This document shows, one piece after another, positions 15,437 to 23,519 of a stretch of DNA of 24,000 nucleotides. Source of the stretch: Methanomassiliicoccales archaeon (GTDB taxonomy: Archaea > Thermoplasmatota > Thermoplasmata > RBG-16-68-12 > SOIM01); the NCBI GenBank assembly GCA_004377185.1, contig SOIM01000020.1, positions 70,931 through 94,930 on the forward strand, in the 5' to 3' direction. How positions within the stretch are numbered: position 1 is the stretch's first letter; each line of letters starts with the position of its first letter. The position numbers and the translations under genes were made by a program. The notes below the pieces were generated by a model that made no database searches, was not told where the DNA came from, and saw only the letters and a list, made by a program, of their open reading frames with translations.

Positions 15437-15628
15437 ATGTTGGAAGGTTGTGTTCCGATTGGAAAGGGAAGAATTCAGTCAATTGGTGGGTCGCTATGCT
15501 CACTTGTGCCAGCCGTTTATCGGAAGTTTGTCAGGCTGGAGAAGGGCGATACCGTGGATTTGTTCTTTGAGGGTAATAACAAATTGATAATCAAGCCAGC
15601 GAAAGATGATGGGGAGGGAGCAGACTGA
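15437..15628 (+). CDS. AbrB/MazE/SpoVT-type (swapped-hairpin) DNA-binding protein
   Basis: SIGGSLCSLVPAVYRKFVRLEKGDTVDLFFEGNNKLIIKP matches the SpoVT-AbrB pattern. The internal ATG 15437 is preferred over track start 15374 because of the TATA position. Confidence 0.6.
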   Translation: MLEGCVPIGKGRIQSIGGSLCSLVPAVYRKFVRLEKGDTVDLFFEGNNKLIIKPAKDDGEGAD

Positions 15629-15669
15629 AAAAGATAGCCTGCATAAGCGTCTTCCTCCTGCTCATAACG

Positions 15670-15930
15670 ATGATCCTTCTCCCCCGCTATTTTTTCGGAC
15701 CCAAAGTAGTCGCACAAAAGAAGGAGACAACTTATCCCGGTTCTATTTCAGTGACATACGGAACCGCAACTGGCATCCTTCATTATGTAGTAGGTCAGGA
15801 TGGAGTCAGTTATCAGGTCGCGGAGGAAGATACGAACTCTGGGAGTATCCTCTGGAATGACACAATAAACACACAGATCTTTGAGGAATGCTTGAGCAGG
15901 GCAAAGCTGGCAACGGAGGTTGCAACTTGA
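15670..15930 (+). CDS. Small hypothetical protein, possibly with an N-terminal hydrophobic anchor if it starts upstream
   Basis: The frame is open from 15610 and encodes LKKIACISVFLLLITMILLPRYFF before the track's ATG, but there is no canonical start in that stretch. No homology recognised. Confidence 0.3.
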   Translation: MILLPRYFFGPKVVAQKKETTYPGSISVTYGTATGILHYVVGQDGVSYQVAEEDTNSGSILWNDTINTQIFEECLSRAKLATEVAT

Positions 15931-16163
15931 ACGGTGTCTTTGGAAGTGAGGGGATTCCCCCACCGTCTAGCACTGTCTTTGGCCGAAAGCTTCACCCTAT
16001 TCATGCGCTATTATTTGCTGCATTCGTTCTGATTCTGTTGACTGTCCTCTTTGTCTTCATCCTGATAGTCACAGGTGAAATGAGCCAAGTTGTATTGACT
16101 CTTATAACGGATGTCGTTGCGCTTGTTATTGGTGCTCTGTTCGGATCGAAACTTGTCGAGTAA
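15888..16163 (+). CDS. Small two-TM membrane protein (start uncertain)
   Basis: Hydrophobic segments ALLFAAFVLILLTVLFVFILIV and VVLTLITDVVALVIGALFG. Confidence 0.35.
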   Translation: MLEQGKAGNGGCNLNGVFGSEGIPPPSSTVFGRKLHPIHALLFAAFVLILLTVLFVFILIVTGEMSQVVLTLITDVVALVIGALFGSKLVE

Positions 16164-16260
16164 TCGGCCCTGTAGCACGATTCGCATGGATCCAATATTA
16201 GAGATTGCAGATGGAAACCTTCTCCCGATGCCATAGGAGTGGACAACTTCAAGGAAAAGA

Positions 16261-16293
16261 ATGAAGAAGCTAAACCCAGATTGAGTGCCGCGA
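16261..16293. repeat. Right 33-nt direct repeat (att-like)
   Basis: ATGAAGAAGCTAAACCCAGATTGAGTGCCGCGA. On the minus strand it covers the last codons (..SRHSIWV) and stop of the SIS/PHI gene. Confidence 0.85.
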
Positions 16294-16818
16294 CCTCATC
16301 TTCTTATCGTCCTGATCCATTCTGACCATGAGCTCTGCGATTATTCCATCCAGTAGGATCATAGCCGCATCCTCGAAAAGAGTGCCCAAGGGTGCCAACT
16401 TCTTAGATTTCTCATTCGTATCCGTCCTGAGAGGAAACACCACGTTCCCGGCATGTGCGAGTTTCGAGGATTCCCTACTGGTGATCACGACCACGTTGGC
16501 TCCCACCCTCCTGCAGATGTTGGCCGTTTGAATCGCGGACATCGTCTCCCCTGTGCTGGAAATTGCCAAGACAAGACTCTTGTCATCCACTATCGGCGTG
16601 GCTATGTCCCCAATGAAATAGACGGACATGCCCAGCTGGACGAGCCTGATGGCAAAACCCTTCGCGACCAGACCCGATCTCCCCACTCCATAAACGAAGA
16701 TCTTCTCCGCCTTCATTATGAGATCGATGACCTCCTCCACCTGGCCCTTGTGGTCCTCAGTGAGAACCTTCTCAATCTCTTTGAGTATATACTTGGATGA
16801 TTCCTCGAAGATGGTCAT
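16270..16818 (-). CDS. SIS-domain sugar-phosphate isomerase, 6-phospho-3-hexuloisomerase (PHI)-like
   Basis: KIFVYGVGRSGLVAKGFAIRLVQLGM..LAISSTGETMSAIQTANICRRVGANVVVITS is the typical PHI/SIS pattern at about 180 aa. Confidence 0.75.
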   Translation of the reverse strand: MTIFEESSKYILKEIEKVLTEDHKGQVEEVIDLIMKAEKIFVYGVGRSGLVAKGFAIRLVQLGMSVYFIGDIATPIVDDKSLVLAISSTGETMSAIQTANICRRVGANVVVITSRESSKLAHAGNVVFPLRTDTNEKSKKLAPLGTLFEDAAMILLDGIIAELMVRMDQDDKKMRSRHSIWV

Positions 16819-17846
16819 TTCTTGCCCTCTTTCTTCTTCTTGTCGGCTTTGGTCACCCTTCTTGACAAGACCCTCTCCAATATCACCTTCATGTACATCG
16901 CATCGTGCTCAAGCAAAGGAGAACTGGATATTACCGTAATGTCCAGGTTGTTATCCAAAATACACTCAGCCAAGGGCTCGAACTTCAAATCACCTCTCTT
17001 AATCGGCGTGTACCTGAGCTCATTGCCACCCTCGTGCTCCACCCCGGAGAAATGCGTATGAAGATGTTTCTTGACAAAGGGCTCTGCCGCATCGATGACC
17101 TCCTGAAAATCCTCCTTTTTCCTCAGAGATCCATTCCCCCGTGAGTGAATATGAGAGAAATTGAGCACCGGGACGATGTCCTTGACCTTCTCGCACACTT
17201 TCAGTACCTCGTTCAGGTCTCCGAAGACCTCCTGTCTCCCGCTGGTTTCCAATCCCAGTTTGGCCTTGATCTTCCTCTTCTTGAGCCAGTTCCCGAGTTC
17301 ACTCAGGTTCTTGACGACCCGATTCATCGTCACTCTGGAAGTGAGTTCGCCGTACAGTCCCACGTGAGTGACCACGACGCTAGCTCCCATCTGGTTTGCC
17401 ATCAAGGCCCCCCACTTTATGCTGTCAATGCTCCTCACGGTGAGGTCACCGCCTCCCACCAGGTCCATGTAGTAAGGTGTGTGAAGCGTCAGTTCAATAT
17501 CCAGCTCCCTTGCCAGATCACCCAGACCGTCCAATTCCATATAGTCCTTGGCAAGGCCTGAGGTAAGAGAGTTGATCACGTCCCCTTTCCTTATCTTGAC
17601 GTCCAGGTTGGTGATGGCTTCCTCCTTGTCCCCCGTCCTCCTCGAGATCTCAACGATAAGTTCGCCCTCGATTTCTTTGGGTGCAAGCCCAATATCTTCG
17701 TCCTTGGCATACCTCTCGTTGAGGTTCGCCCTGACAAGCTGGACCTCCATCGCTGTAAGGCCGAGACGGTGTACGTCCTCGATACCGTCCTTAAGAGTGC
17801 GACCCTTGCAAGAAAGAGGAATACCAGAAGGGCCGAAACGAATCAT
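16815..17846 (-). CDS. Xylose-isomerase-like TIM-barrel protein (AP endonuclease 2 / endonuclease IV-related family)
   Basis: IRFGPSGIP..GLTAMEVQLV..LTLHTPYYMDL..VVVTHVG..LGLETSG..NFSHIHS..THFSGVEH, a metal-ligand-like H/E/D pattern. It overlaps the PHI start by 4 nt. Lys-rich tail KADKKKKEGKK. Confidence 0.6.
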   Translation of the reverse strand: MIRFGPSGIPLSCKGRTLKDGIEDVHRLGLTAMEVQLVRANLNERYAKDEDIGLAPKEIEGELIVEISRRTGDKEEAITNLDVKIRKGDVINSLTSGLAKDYMELDGLGDLARELDIELTLHTPYYMDLVGGGDLTVRSIDSIKWGALMANQMGASVVVTHVGLYGELTSRVTMNRVVKNLSELGNWLKKRKIKAKLGLETSGRQEVFGDLNEVLKVCEKVKDIVPVLNFSHIHSRGNGSLRKKEDFQEVIDAAEPFVKKHLHTHFSGVEHEGGNELRYTPIKRGDLKFEPLAECILDNNLDITVISSSPLLEHDAMYMKVILERVLSRRVTKADKKKKEGKK

Positions 17847-18010
17847 TTGTTATTCTCCCCACTAAATGAATATTTGGACTATTATATTAATTGCTGAACA
17901 TATAAGTATCTTTCGATGTTTCGTTTTTCTGACATACGTCCATGCCCCCATCCAGAACAAAAAGGTTTATAACACGAGCTTTCATTATATCGCGCTCAGA
18001 GGATCTCCAT

Positions 18011-18373
18011 ATGGGAAAGCTCAGGAAAAGGAACGAACACCTCATCAAGCTGATCGAGGAGCTGAAGATACTGTCCTACAAGAAGAATGCCCGGATATGG
18101 AAGGACATAGCCAAGAGACTTTCCAAGCCTTCCAAGAACTGGGCGGAAGTGAACATCAGCAGGATTGCTAGACATGCTAAGAAGAAGGAGACAATCCTTG
18201 TTCCCGGAAAGCTCCTGGGCGCGGGAAGCATCGATATTCCTCTGACCGTCGCTGCTTTCAATTCTTCCGAGTCCGCCAAGAAGAAGATCGAGAAGGCTGG
18301 CGGGAAGGCAATCACAATACAAGAGCTCATGAAAGCCAATCCGAAAGGAAGCAGTATCAGGATAATGGGCTGA
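18011..18373 (+). CDS. rpl18e: Ribosomal protein L18e
   Basis: MGKLRKRNEHLIKLIEELK..ARIWKDIAKRLSKPS..VNISRI..VPGKLLGAG. The internal ATG 18011 is preferred; an AT-rich TATA-like CATTATAT lies about 25 nt upstream. Confidence 0.88.
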   Translation: MGKLRKRNEHLIKLIEELKILSYKKNARIWKDIAKRLSKPSKNWAEVNISRIARHAKKKETILVPGKLLGAGSIDIPLTVAAFNSSESAKKKIEKAGGKAITIQELMKANPKGSSIRIMG

Positions 18374-18378
18374 AGGAA

Positions 18379-18792
18379 ATGGTCGTCATAGATGCCACTG
18401 GTCACATCATCGGTCGCCTCTCCAGCTTCGTTGCCAAACGCCTGCTGAACGGTGAGGAGATTCACATCGTGAACGCGGAAAATGCTATCATCACGGGGGA
18501 CAGCGACAGTATCTTTCAAGAGTACAAGGAGATGAGGGACATCGGTAGCCAGAGAAAGGGCCCGTTCTACCCCAGGATGCCAGACAGGATTCTGAAAAGG
18601 ACAATCCGGGGAATGATCCCCTACCAAAAGCCCAGAGGGAGAAAGGCGTTCAAGAGGTTGAGGGTCTACATTGGGGTCCCGACCGAATTTGAGAAAGAGA
18701 AACTCGAACGGATTGAGAAGGCGTGCCAGATCACTACTCCATATTACATCCAGCTTTCGGAGCTGAGCAGGAGGCTGGGTGCCAAGTTCTAG
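18379..18792 (+). CDS. rpl13: Ribosomal protein L13 (uL13)
   Basis: VVIDATGHIIGRLSSFVAKRLLNGEEIHIVNAE..RMPDRILKRTIRGMIP. Confidence 0.92.
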   Translation: MVVIDATGHIIGRLSSFVAKRLLNGEEIHIVNAENAIITGDSDSIFQEYKEMRDIGSQRKGPFYPRMPDRILKRTIRGMIPYQKPRGRKAFKRLRVYIGVPTEFEKEKLERIEKACQITTPYYIQLSELSRRLGAKF

Positions 18793-19230
18793 GTGGTTCG
18801 ATTGGTAAAGGCGGTGAACACAAGCGGGAAGAGGAAGAGTGCGATCGCAAGAGCGACCGTCAAGAAAGGCTCGGGAAAGGTCAGAATAAACAAGAGACCG
18901 CTGGAACTGCATGACCCGTTGCTCGCAAGGCTGAAAATATCCGAGCCCCTGTCCTTTGCGGAGAAATCACTCGTGGCCAAGGTGGACATTGATGTGATAG
19001 TCAGGGGCGGAGGCGTGATGGGCCAGGCGGACGCGTGCAGGACGGCCATCGCAAGGGGACTGGTGGAATATCTCAAGACCAACAAGCCCAAAAGCAGCGA
19101 CTACGAGGACCTGGAAACCCTCTTCAGAGAGAGGGACAGGAGCCTGCTTGTGAACGATCCAAGAAGGAAGATGCCCAAGAGGCCCATGGGGCGGGGCGCA
19201 AGAAAGAAAAGGCAGAAGTCCTACAGGTGA
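18793..19230 (+). CDS. rps9: Ribosomal protein S9 (uS9)
   Basis: [67 protein letters not shown] start directly after the L13 stop. Confidence 0.92.
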   Translation: MVRLVKAVNTSGKRKSAIARATVKKGSGKVRINKRPLELHDPLLARLKISEPLSFAEKSLVAKVDIDVIVRGGGVMGQADACRTAIARGLVEYLKTNKPKSSDYEDLETLFRERDRSLLVNDPRRKMPKRPMGRGARKKRQKSYR

Positions 19231-19234
19231 ATGT

Positions 19235-19426
19235 ATGATAATACCGGTAAGATGCTTCACTTGCGGAAAGGTTGTGGGTTCAGTCTGGGAGGAGTACAGC
19301 AAAAGAACCCAGGAAGGCGAGGATCCGAAGGCTGTTCTGGATTCACTCGGAGTGAAGAGGTATTGCTGTCGCCGGATGCTCATCTCCAATGTTGAGCTGA
19401 TAGATGAGATCATGCCCTTCGGCTAG
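19235..19426 (+). CDS. rpoN: DNA-directed RNA polymerase subunit N (Rpo10)
   Basis: [30 protein letters not shown]. Confidence 0.92.
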   Translation: MIIPVRCFTCGKVVGSVWEEYSKRTQEGEDPKAVLDSLGVKRYCCRRMLISNVELIDEIMPFG

Positions 19427-19497
19427 CGCTCACAGCATTTCGTCTGGAGCTCATTTCACATCTTTCAGATATGTCGCTTTGTCAGTGCGGCAAACAT

Positions 19498-19507
19498 CTT
19501 TTTATCT
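19498..19507 (+). promoter_or_regulatory. TATA-like box (CTTTTTATCT) for tRNA-Pro
   Basis: Centre is about 27 nt upstream of the tRNA 5' end at 19530. Confidence 0.45.
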
Positions 19508-19529
19508 AGTAATACATTCCGCGTCAAAA

Positions 19530-19602
19530 GGGCCCGTGGGGTAGCTTGGTATCCTTCCAGCTTGGGGTGCTGGTAACTCGAGTTCAAATCTCGGCGGGCT
19601 CA
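19530..19602 (+). tRNA. tRNA-Pro (anticodon GGG), no intron, CCA not encoded
   Basis: Hand-folded. Acceptor GGGCCCG/CGGGCTC, D-loop AGCTTGGTA, anticodon stem CCAGC/GCTGG with loop TT-GGG-GT, T-arm TCGAG-TTCAAAT-CTCGG, discriminator A. Confidence 0.85.
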
Positions 19603-19621
19603 CTGTTTTCCCACAAAAACT

Positions 19622-21013
19622 CTAGTGATGGTGGTGGAGCCCTCCGGGAGGCGCCAGGTTTGCGAACGCCCCAGTGACAACTTCGCTGAGCGCTGGATGT
19701 ATCACTTGTGTTCTGGTCAGCGGCAGGTAGTCCCCCCGCTCTGCATTCATCAGATCCACAACCAACTGAACCAAAACTGAGGCCTCTGGCCCCACGATAT
19801 GAGCTCCAAGAATCCTCTTACTGCCTGCATCCACGATGACCTTCACCACACCGTCCTCCTCTGCCATCGCATACCCCTTGGCAGTGTCGATGTACCTCTT
19901 GATGCCCACAAGTATCTGGTGCTCTTTCTTGGCCTCCTCCTCGGTCAATCCGACTGAACCGATCTGGGGATGTGTGAAGATCGCATGTGGCACTGCATGT
20001 TCGTCTACCATCTTCCTGCGGTTCTCGAAGAGATTTGCCCAGACTATCTCGGATTCCATGTTGGCTGTGTGGCGGAACTGATGGCGGCCTGTCGCATCCC
20101 CCAGCGCGTAGATGTATGGTTTGGTCGTTTGCAGGTATTTGTCAACGAGTATCCATCCCTTCTCGTCCGTCTCCACTCCGCTTTTTTCGGGTTTCAGAAG
20201 ATCTGAGTTGGACCTTCTTCCGGCCGCAATGAGGATCTCGTCCGCCTTGAACTTGTAGTGCTTGCCATCTGCCCTGTTCTTGGCTATCAATGTCTTTCCT
20301 CCGTTTTCCTTGTTTGCCGATGTCACTTCGTGGTTGGTGTATATCCTCACGTACTTCGATAACCTGAGCTTCAGGATCTCGGAGACAAGCGGTTCCTCGC
20401 TGGGAACCAATCTTGGATTGCGACCGATGACGGTCACCTTGGTCCCAGCGCTGGAAAAGAAATGAGCGAACTCGACCGCGATGTAACCCCCTCCCACGAT
20501 CAAGAGGCTGTCTGGAGGTTCCTTGATGTTGAAAACGTTCCTGCTGGTCAGGAAGCCAACACCTCCAATCTCCTTGATGCGTGGAATGTGAGGTCTGGCT
20601 CCAGATGCGATGACGATCTTGGGGGCTGTCATTGTCTTTGTTCCCACCCTCAAGGTATAGTCTGCGATGAACTCCCCAACCTGCGGATGAAAATCAACGT
20701 TGGGGTCCTGGCTCACGCCTTTCTCCATCTCGCGCCTGTCTCCCAGCACTATCTTCCATACCCTCTTCATCAGGAGTTCGAAATCGATGCCCTCAACGGA
20801 GGCGAAGACACCGATGTTCTTGGCTTCCTGAATCTGCTTGATGAGGTCCGCAGGATGGATCATCACTTTTGAAGGTATACAACCTCTGTTGAGGCAGGTA
20901 CCACCGATTGGATCCCTGTCCAAAACCGCAACTTTCATGCCGCTCGCGGATGCCTTTGCGGCGACATTCATGCCCGCTCCAGACCCGATTATTATCGTGT
21001 CATACTCGATCAT
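19622..21013 (-). CDS. Class I pyridine nucleotide-disulfide oxidoreductase (dihydrolipoyl dehydrogenase / glutathione-mycothione reductase-like)
   Basis: IIIGSGAGMN (FAD GxGxxG), redox-active GGTCLNRGCIPSK, second Rossmann VGGGYIAVEFA, C-terminal HPALSE (His-Glu dyad). Ends ..GGLHHHH. Confidence 0.85.
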   Translation of the reverse strand: MIEYDTIIIGSGAGMNVAAKASASGMKVAVLDRDPIGGTCLNRGCIPSKVMIHPADLIKQIQEAKNIGVFASVEGIDFELLMKRVWKIVLGDRREMEKGVSQDPNVDFHPQVGEFIADYTLRVGTKTMTAPKIVIASGARPHIPRIKEIGGVGFLTSRNVFNIKEPPDSLLIVGGGYIAVEFAHFFSSAGTKVTVIGRNPRLVPSEEPLVSEILKLRLSKYVRIYTNHEVTSANKENGGKTLIAKNRADGKHYKFKADEILIAAGRRSNSDLLKPEKSGVETDEKGWILVDKYLQTTKPYIYALGDATGRHQFRHTANMESEIVWANLFENRRKMVDEHAVPHAIFTHPQIGSVGLTEEEAKKEHQILVGIKRYIDTAKGYAMAEEDGVVKVIVDAGSKRILGAHIVGPEASVLVQLVVDLMNAERGDYLPLTRTQVIHPALSEVVTGAFANLAPPGGLHHHH

Positions 21014-21174
21014 CCAAACCCTCGTGCGACATTGGTTCGAGCGATAAAATGCTTTCGTTCTTGTGTCAGAGGACTTTCATCGATTGTCGAGAACGGGCGA
21101 GCATTGCAAGACTGGGTAAGGAATGTTCCATCTCTCCGAAAGAATTATATTGACTTGGTCTGATTCTTTTCTCG

Positions 21175-22077
21175 ATGAAGAAGATAAGGAGCGGAGTCTA
21201 TGGACTCAACGCTCTGATGGATGGGGGAGTTAATGAACACACTACAACGGTTGTCATAGGTTCCTCCGGTGCCGGAAAGACCACCTTTGCCACTCAGTTC
21301 TTGAGAAGGGGTCTGGAGGAGAACGAGGACGCCATCTTCATAACCCTGGACGAAACCCCTGAACAGATAATCAAGGAAGCGAGCCTGATGGGTTGGGAGG
21401 ACGTTGAAAACTACATGGAAGAAGGAACCATGGTTTTCGTGGATGCGGGAGGGAAGCAGTTCTCGCAGTTCATTCAGAAGGAGCTGGCTGAGTTCGTGGA
21501 CGACTGGGCGGGACACAAGGCCAGGATTGTGATTGATCCCCTTACTCCAGTTCTGTGGTCCGTGAAGGAGAAGTACGAGCAGAGGGAGCTGGTCTCCTTC
21601 CTGTTGAGGGAGACAAGGAAGATTGGAACGGTTCTCTGCACTCTTGAAGAACATGGAACGGTCGGTGACCTGAGCGGTCCCGAGATTGTGATTCCCATGT
21701 ACCTGGCGGACAACGTCATCCATCTGAGGTACGCGAGCCACGAACATCCGGAAAGGAGGGAGTTGAAGATCGTCAAATGCAGGAGCAGTAAGCACAGCAG
21801 GTTCTGGCATCCCTATGGGATAATGAAAGGCGCTGGTCTGTACATTCGGAGGAAGGAGAACGATACCACTAAGATGGTGGTCGAACCTGATCTGACCGCC
21901 TTGCTCAAGGAAAAGCTGGAAGCGTCCGGGAAAGGAAACGCCTCAAGACTCTCGGGAAAGGCCCTCACGAACATCCTCAGAACGACCGAGCTTCTATCAA
22001 GAGAACCTTTTTCCGACATTACTCCAGAGGAGCTGATTCATCTTATCCTTGAAGAGTATGGCTTGAATGAGGACTGA
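21175..22077 (+). CDS. KaiC/RadA-like RecA-superfamily ATPase
   Basis: SGVYGLNALMDGGV..VVIGSSGAGKTTFATQFL (Walker A), RIVIDPLT (Walker B-like). The C-terminal ~80 aa extension has unknown function. Confidence 0.75.
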   Translation: MKKIRSGVYGLNALMDGGVNEHTTTVVIGSSGAGKTTFATQFLRRGLEENEDAIFITLDETPEQIIKEASLMGWEDVENYMEEGTMVFVDAGGKQFSQFIQKELAEFVDDWAGHKARIVIDPLTPVLWSVKEKYEQRELVSFLLRETRKIGTVLCTLEEHGTVGDLSGPEIVIPMYLADNVIHLRYASHEHPERRELKIVKCRSSKHSRFWHPYGIMKGAGLYIRRKENDTTKMVVEPDLTALLKEKLEASGKGNASRLSGKALTNILRTTELLSREPFSDITPEELIHLILEEYGLNED

Positions 22078-22088
22078 CGGGTATTTTC

Positions 22089-22814
22089 ATGCCGAAGAAG
22101 ATGGGGGAGGCGCTGAAGACCGTTGTCGGGGAAGGGTATGAGGGAGAAGAGGAGAAGAAGGGAAGAGTTGAGTCCGTTCTGATGAACCCCAACAGGGAAC
22201 AGATCTTCCAGTTCCTGATATTTCATCCCTGCAGTCACATGCGAAAGGTTGCTAATGAACTCAACATGAGCCCACCGACGGTGAAGTGGCACTTGGAGAA
22301 GTTGAGGACTGGCGGCTACGTGAACTCAGCCCTCATCAAGAACAAGAAGGTATTCTATCCCCGGAGGATGGTGGCGGAAGGGGAGGCGGTTTCTTTGCTC
22401 GAGGCAGTGAACCGGGACAGGATTGGCATGACCTTCCTCGTCATTCTGGAGAACCAAGGCTCGACCCAGAGCGAGATCGCGGAGATATTGGGGTTGAGTA
22501 CCCAGTCCGTGAGGGGTTACATCGCAACACTGGAAAGGGTTGAGCTGATTACTACGATAGTTGACGGCAAGCACAAGAGGTACTTCCCCTCAGACAAGCT
22601 GAAGAAAATGGAAAAGAGCATGAGGAAGAGGATAAGGACCTTCAGGAGGTTCCTGATCAAGAAGCTTGAGAAGGACAGACTGAACCCTTCCATCGACCTG
22701 TCCAGGAGGAGGGAGGCCGAGATAACGATACACGTCTCAAAAAGAAAGAGCAAGATAAGGATTCCGGACGAACCTTTTACTTCGTCAGTCATATCCATGA
22801 TAGGTGGTGAGTGA
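22089..22814 (+). CDS. Double winged-helix (ArsR/TrmB-like) transcriptional regulator
   Basis: Two wHTH units: REQIFQFLIFHPCSHMRKVANELNMSPPTVKWHLEKLRTGGYV and FLVILENQGSTQSEIAEILGLSTQSVRGYIATLERVELI. Confidence 0.65.
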   Translation: MPKKMGEALKTVVGEGYEGEEEKKGRVESVLMNPNREQIFQFLIFHPCSHMRKVANELNMSPPTVKWHLEKLRTGGYVNSALIKNKKVFYPRRMVAEGEAVSLLEAVNRDRIGMTFLVILENQGSTQSEIAEILGLSTQSVRGYIATLERVELITTIVDGKHKRYFPSDKLKKMEKSMRKRIRTFRRFLIKKLEKDRLNPSIDLSRRREAEITIHVSKRKSKIRIPDEPFTSSVISMIGGE

Positions 22815-23283
22815 GTTACCTAGTGCAGACCGCAAATCCAAGACAGACGAGATACTGGAGTACTTCGTGTCCAGAAGTAACGAAGAGGTCTCAATCGAAA
22901 GGTTGGCTACGGACCTGAGGATGAACCAGAAGATAGTGGGAAGCATTGCTAGCAGGCTTGCCGCCCGAGGAATAATCGCCAGGCAATCCAGAGGGGTCTA
23001 TGTCCATAAGGAGGAAGAGGTCAAAGCCTCCACCGTCAAAGGGATTCTCAATCATTTGGAGGAAACGATTGGCAGGACTTTCGGGCATCAGATAGGGGGG
23101 AAGATTGGCATATCCAGTGTCAAGGACAGGGATGGCCTGGCCGGGCTCGAGGATGCCTTAGAGAGGATGGGGGATGTCATCGGGAAAGGGGGCGCTGTCA
23201 ATCTAATGAGGGCTGTTGCTAGGAAGGTGGCCACACCGAGCGAGTACAACTACATCTTAGCAAAGATGGACATCTCTAGCTGA
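22804..23283 (+). CDS. Winged-helix domain protein
   Basis: EILEYFVSRSNEEVSIERLATDLRMNQKIVGSIASRLAARGIIARQSRGVYV. The GTG start overlaps the previous gene by 11 nt, so the start is uncertain. Confidence 0.5.
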   Translation: MVSELPSADRKSKTDEILEYFVSRSNEEVSIERLATDLRMNQKIVGSIASRLAARGIIARQSRGVYVHKEEEVKASTVKGILNHLEETIGRTFGHQIGGKIGISSVKDRDGLAGLEDALERMGDVIGKGGAVNLMRAVARKVATPSEYNYILAKMDISS

Positions 23284-23293
23284 TTTGAAAACA

Positions 23294-23301
23294 ATTATAA
23301 A
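23294..23301 (+). promoter_or_regulatory. TATA box (ATTATAAA) for tRNA-Leu
   Basis: Centre is about 27 nt upstream of the tRNA 5' end at 23325. Confidence 0.5.
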
Positions 23302-23324
23302 GTCACGGAGAATTGGGTTTTACT

Positions 23325-23496
23325 GCGGGGGTAGCCAAGCATGGCCAAAGGAAAGGGCTGTGTGACGGCCCCTTCCGGCCAACGGCGCAGGACTTAAGAT
23401 CTGGAGCATTCCAGAGGGGACATTCTGTCTCGAAGGAGTCCGTGGGTTCAAAATAGCTGCTCGGTCAGAGCTGTGATGAAAATCCCATCCCCCGCA
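23325..23496 (+). tRNA. tRNA-Leu (anticodon UAA) with three introns: about 23349-23382 (34 nt, D-loop), 23399-23421 (23 nt, canonical 37/38), 23453-23482 (30 nt, T-loop 59/60)
   Basis: Hand-assembled exons total 85 nt: GCGGGGG-TA-GCC-AAGCATGGCCAAC-GGC-G-CAGGA-CTTAAGA-TTCTG-TCTCGAAGGAGTCC-GTGGG-TTCAAAT-CCCAT-CCCCCGC-A. Every stem pairs, the long variable arm fits class II Leu, and the discriminator is A. Bulge-helix-bulge elements are described in the findings. Confidence 0.8.
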
Positions 23497-23519
23497 CTTT
23501 TCACCTTTGACTGCACATT

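Larger units (their letters stand above)
12645..16260. mobile_element. ~3.6 kb inserted element (integrase not recognisable) bounded by 33-nt direct repeats
   Basis: Flanked by the direct repeats at 12612-12644 and 16261-16293. Hand-counted 60-nt stretches inside are about 38-40 percent GC versus 43 and 58 percent in two flank samples; this was not computed properly. Cargo is DUF3800, a wHTH protein, an AbrB-like gene and small membrane ORFs. Confidence 0.65.

Noticed and set aside
19622-19636. C-terminal HHHH on the flavoprotein reductase, considered as an engineered His-tag or vector artefact
   Set aside because: There are only four His residues, no linker or vector-like flanks, and the chromosomal context looks native. 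It is more likely a natural metal-binding or random tail.
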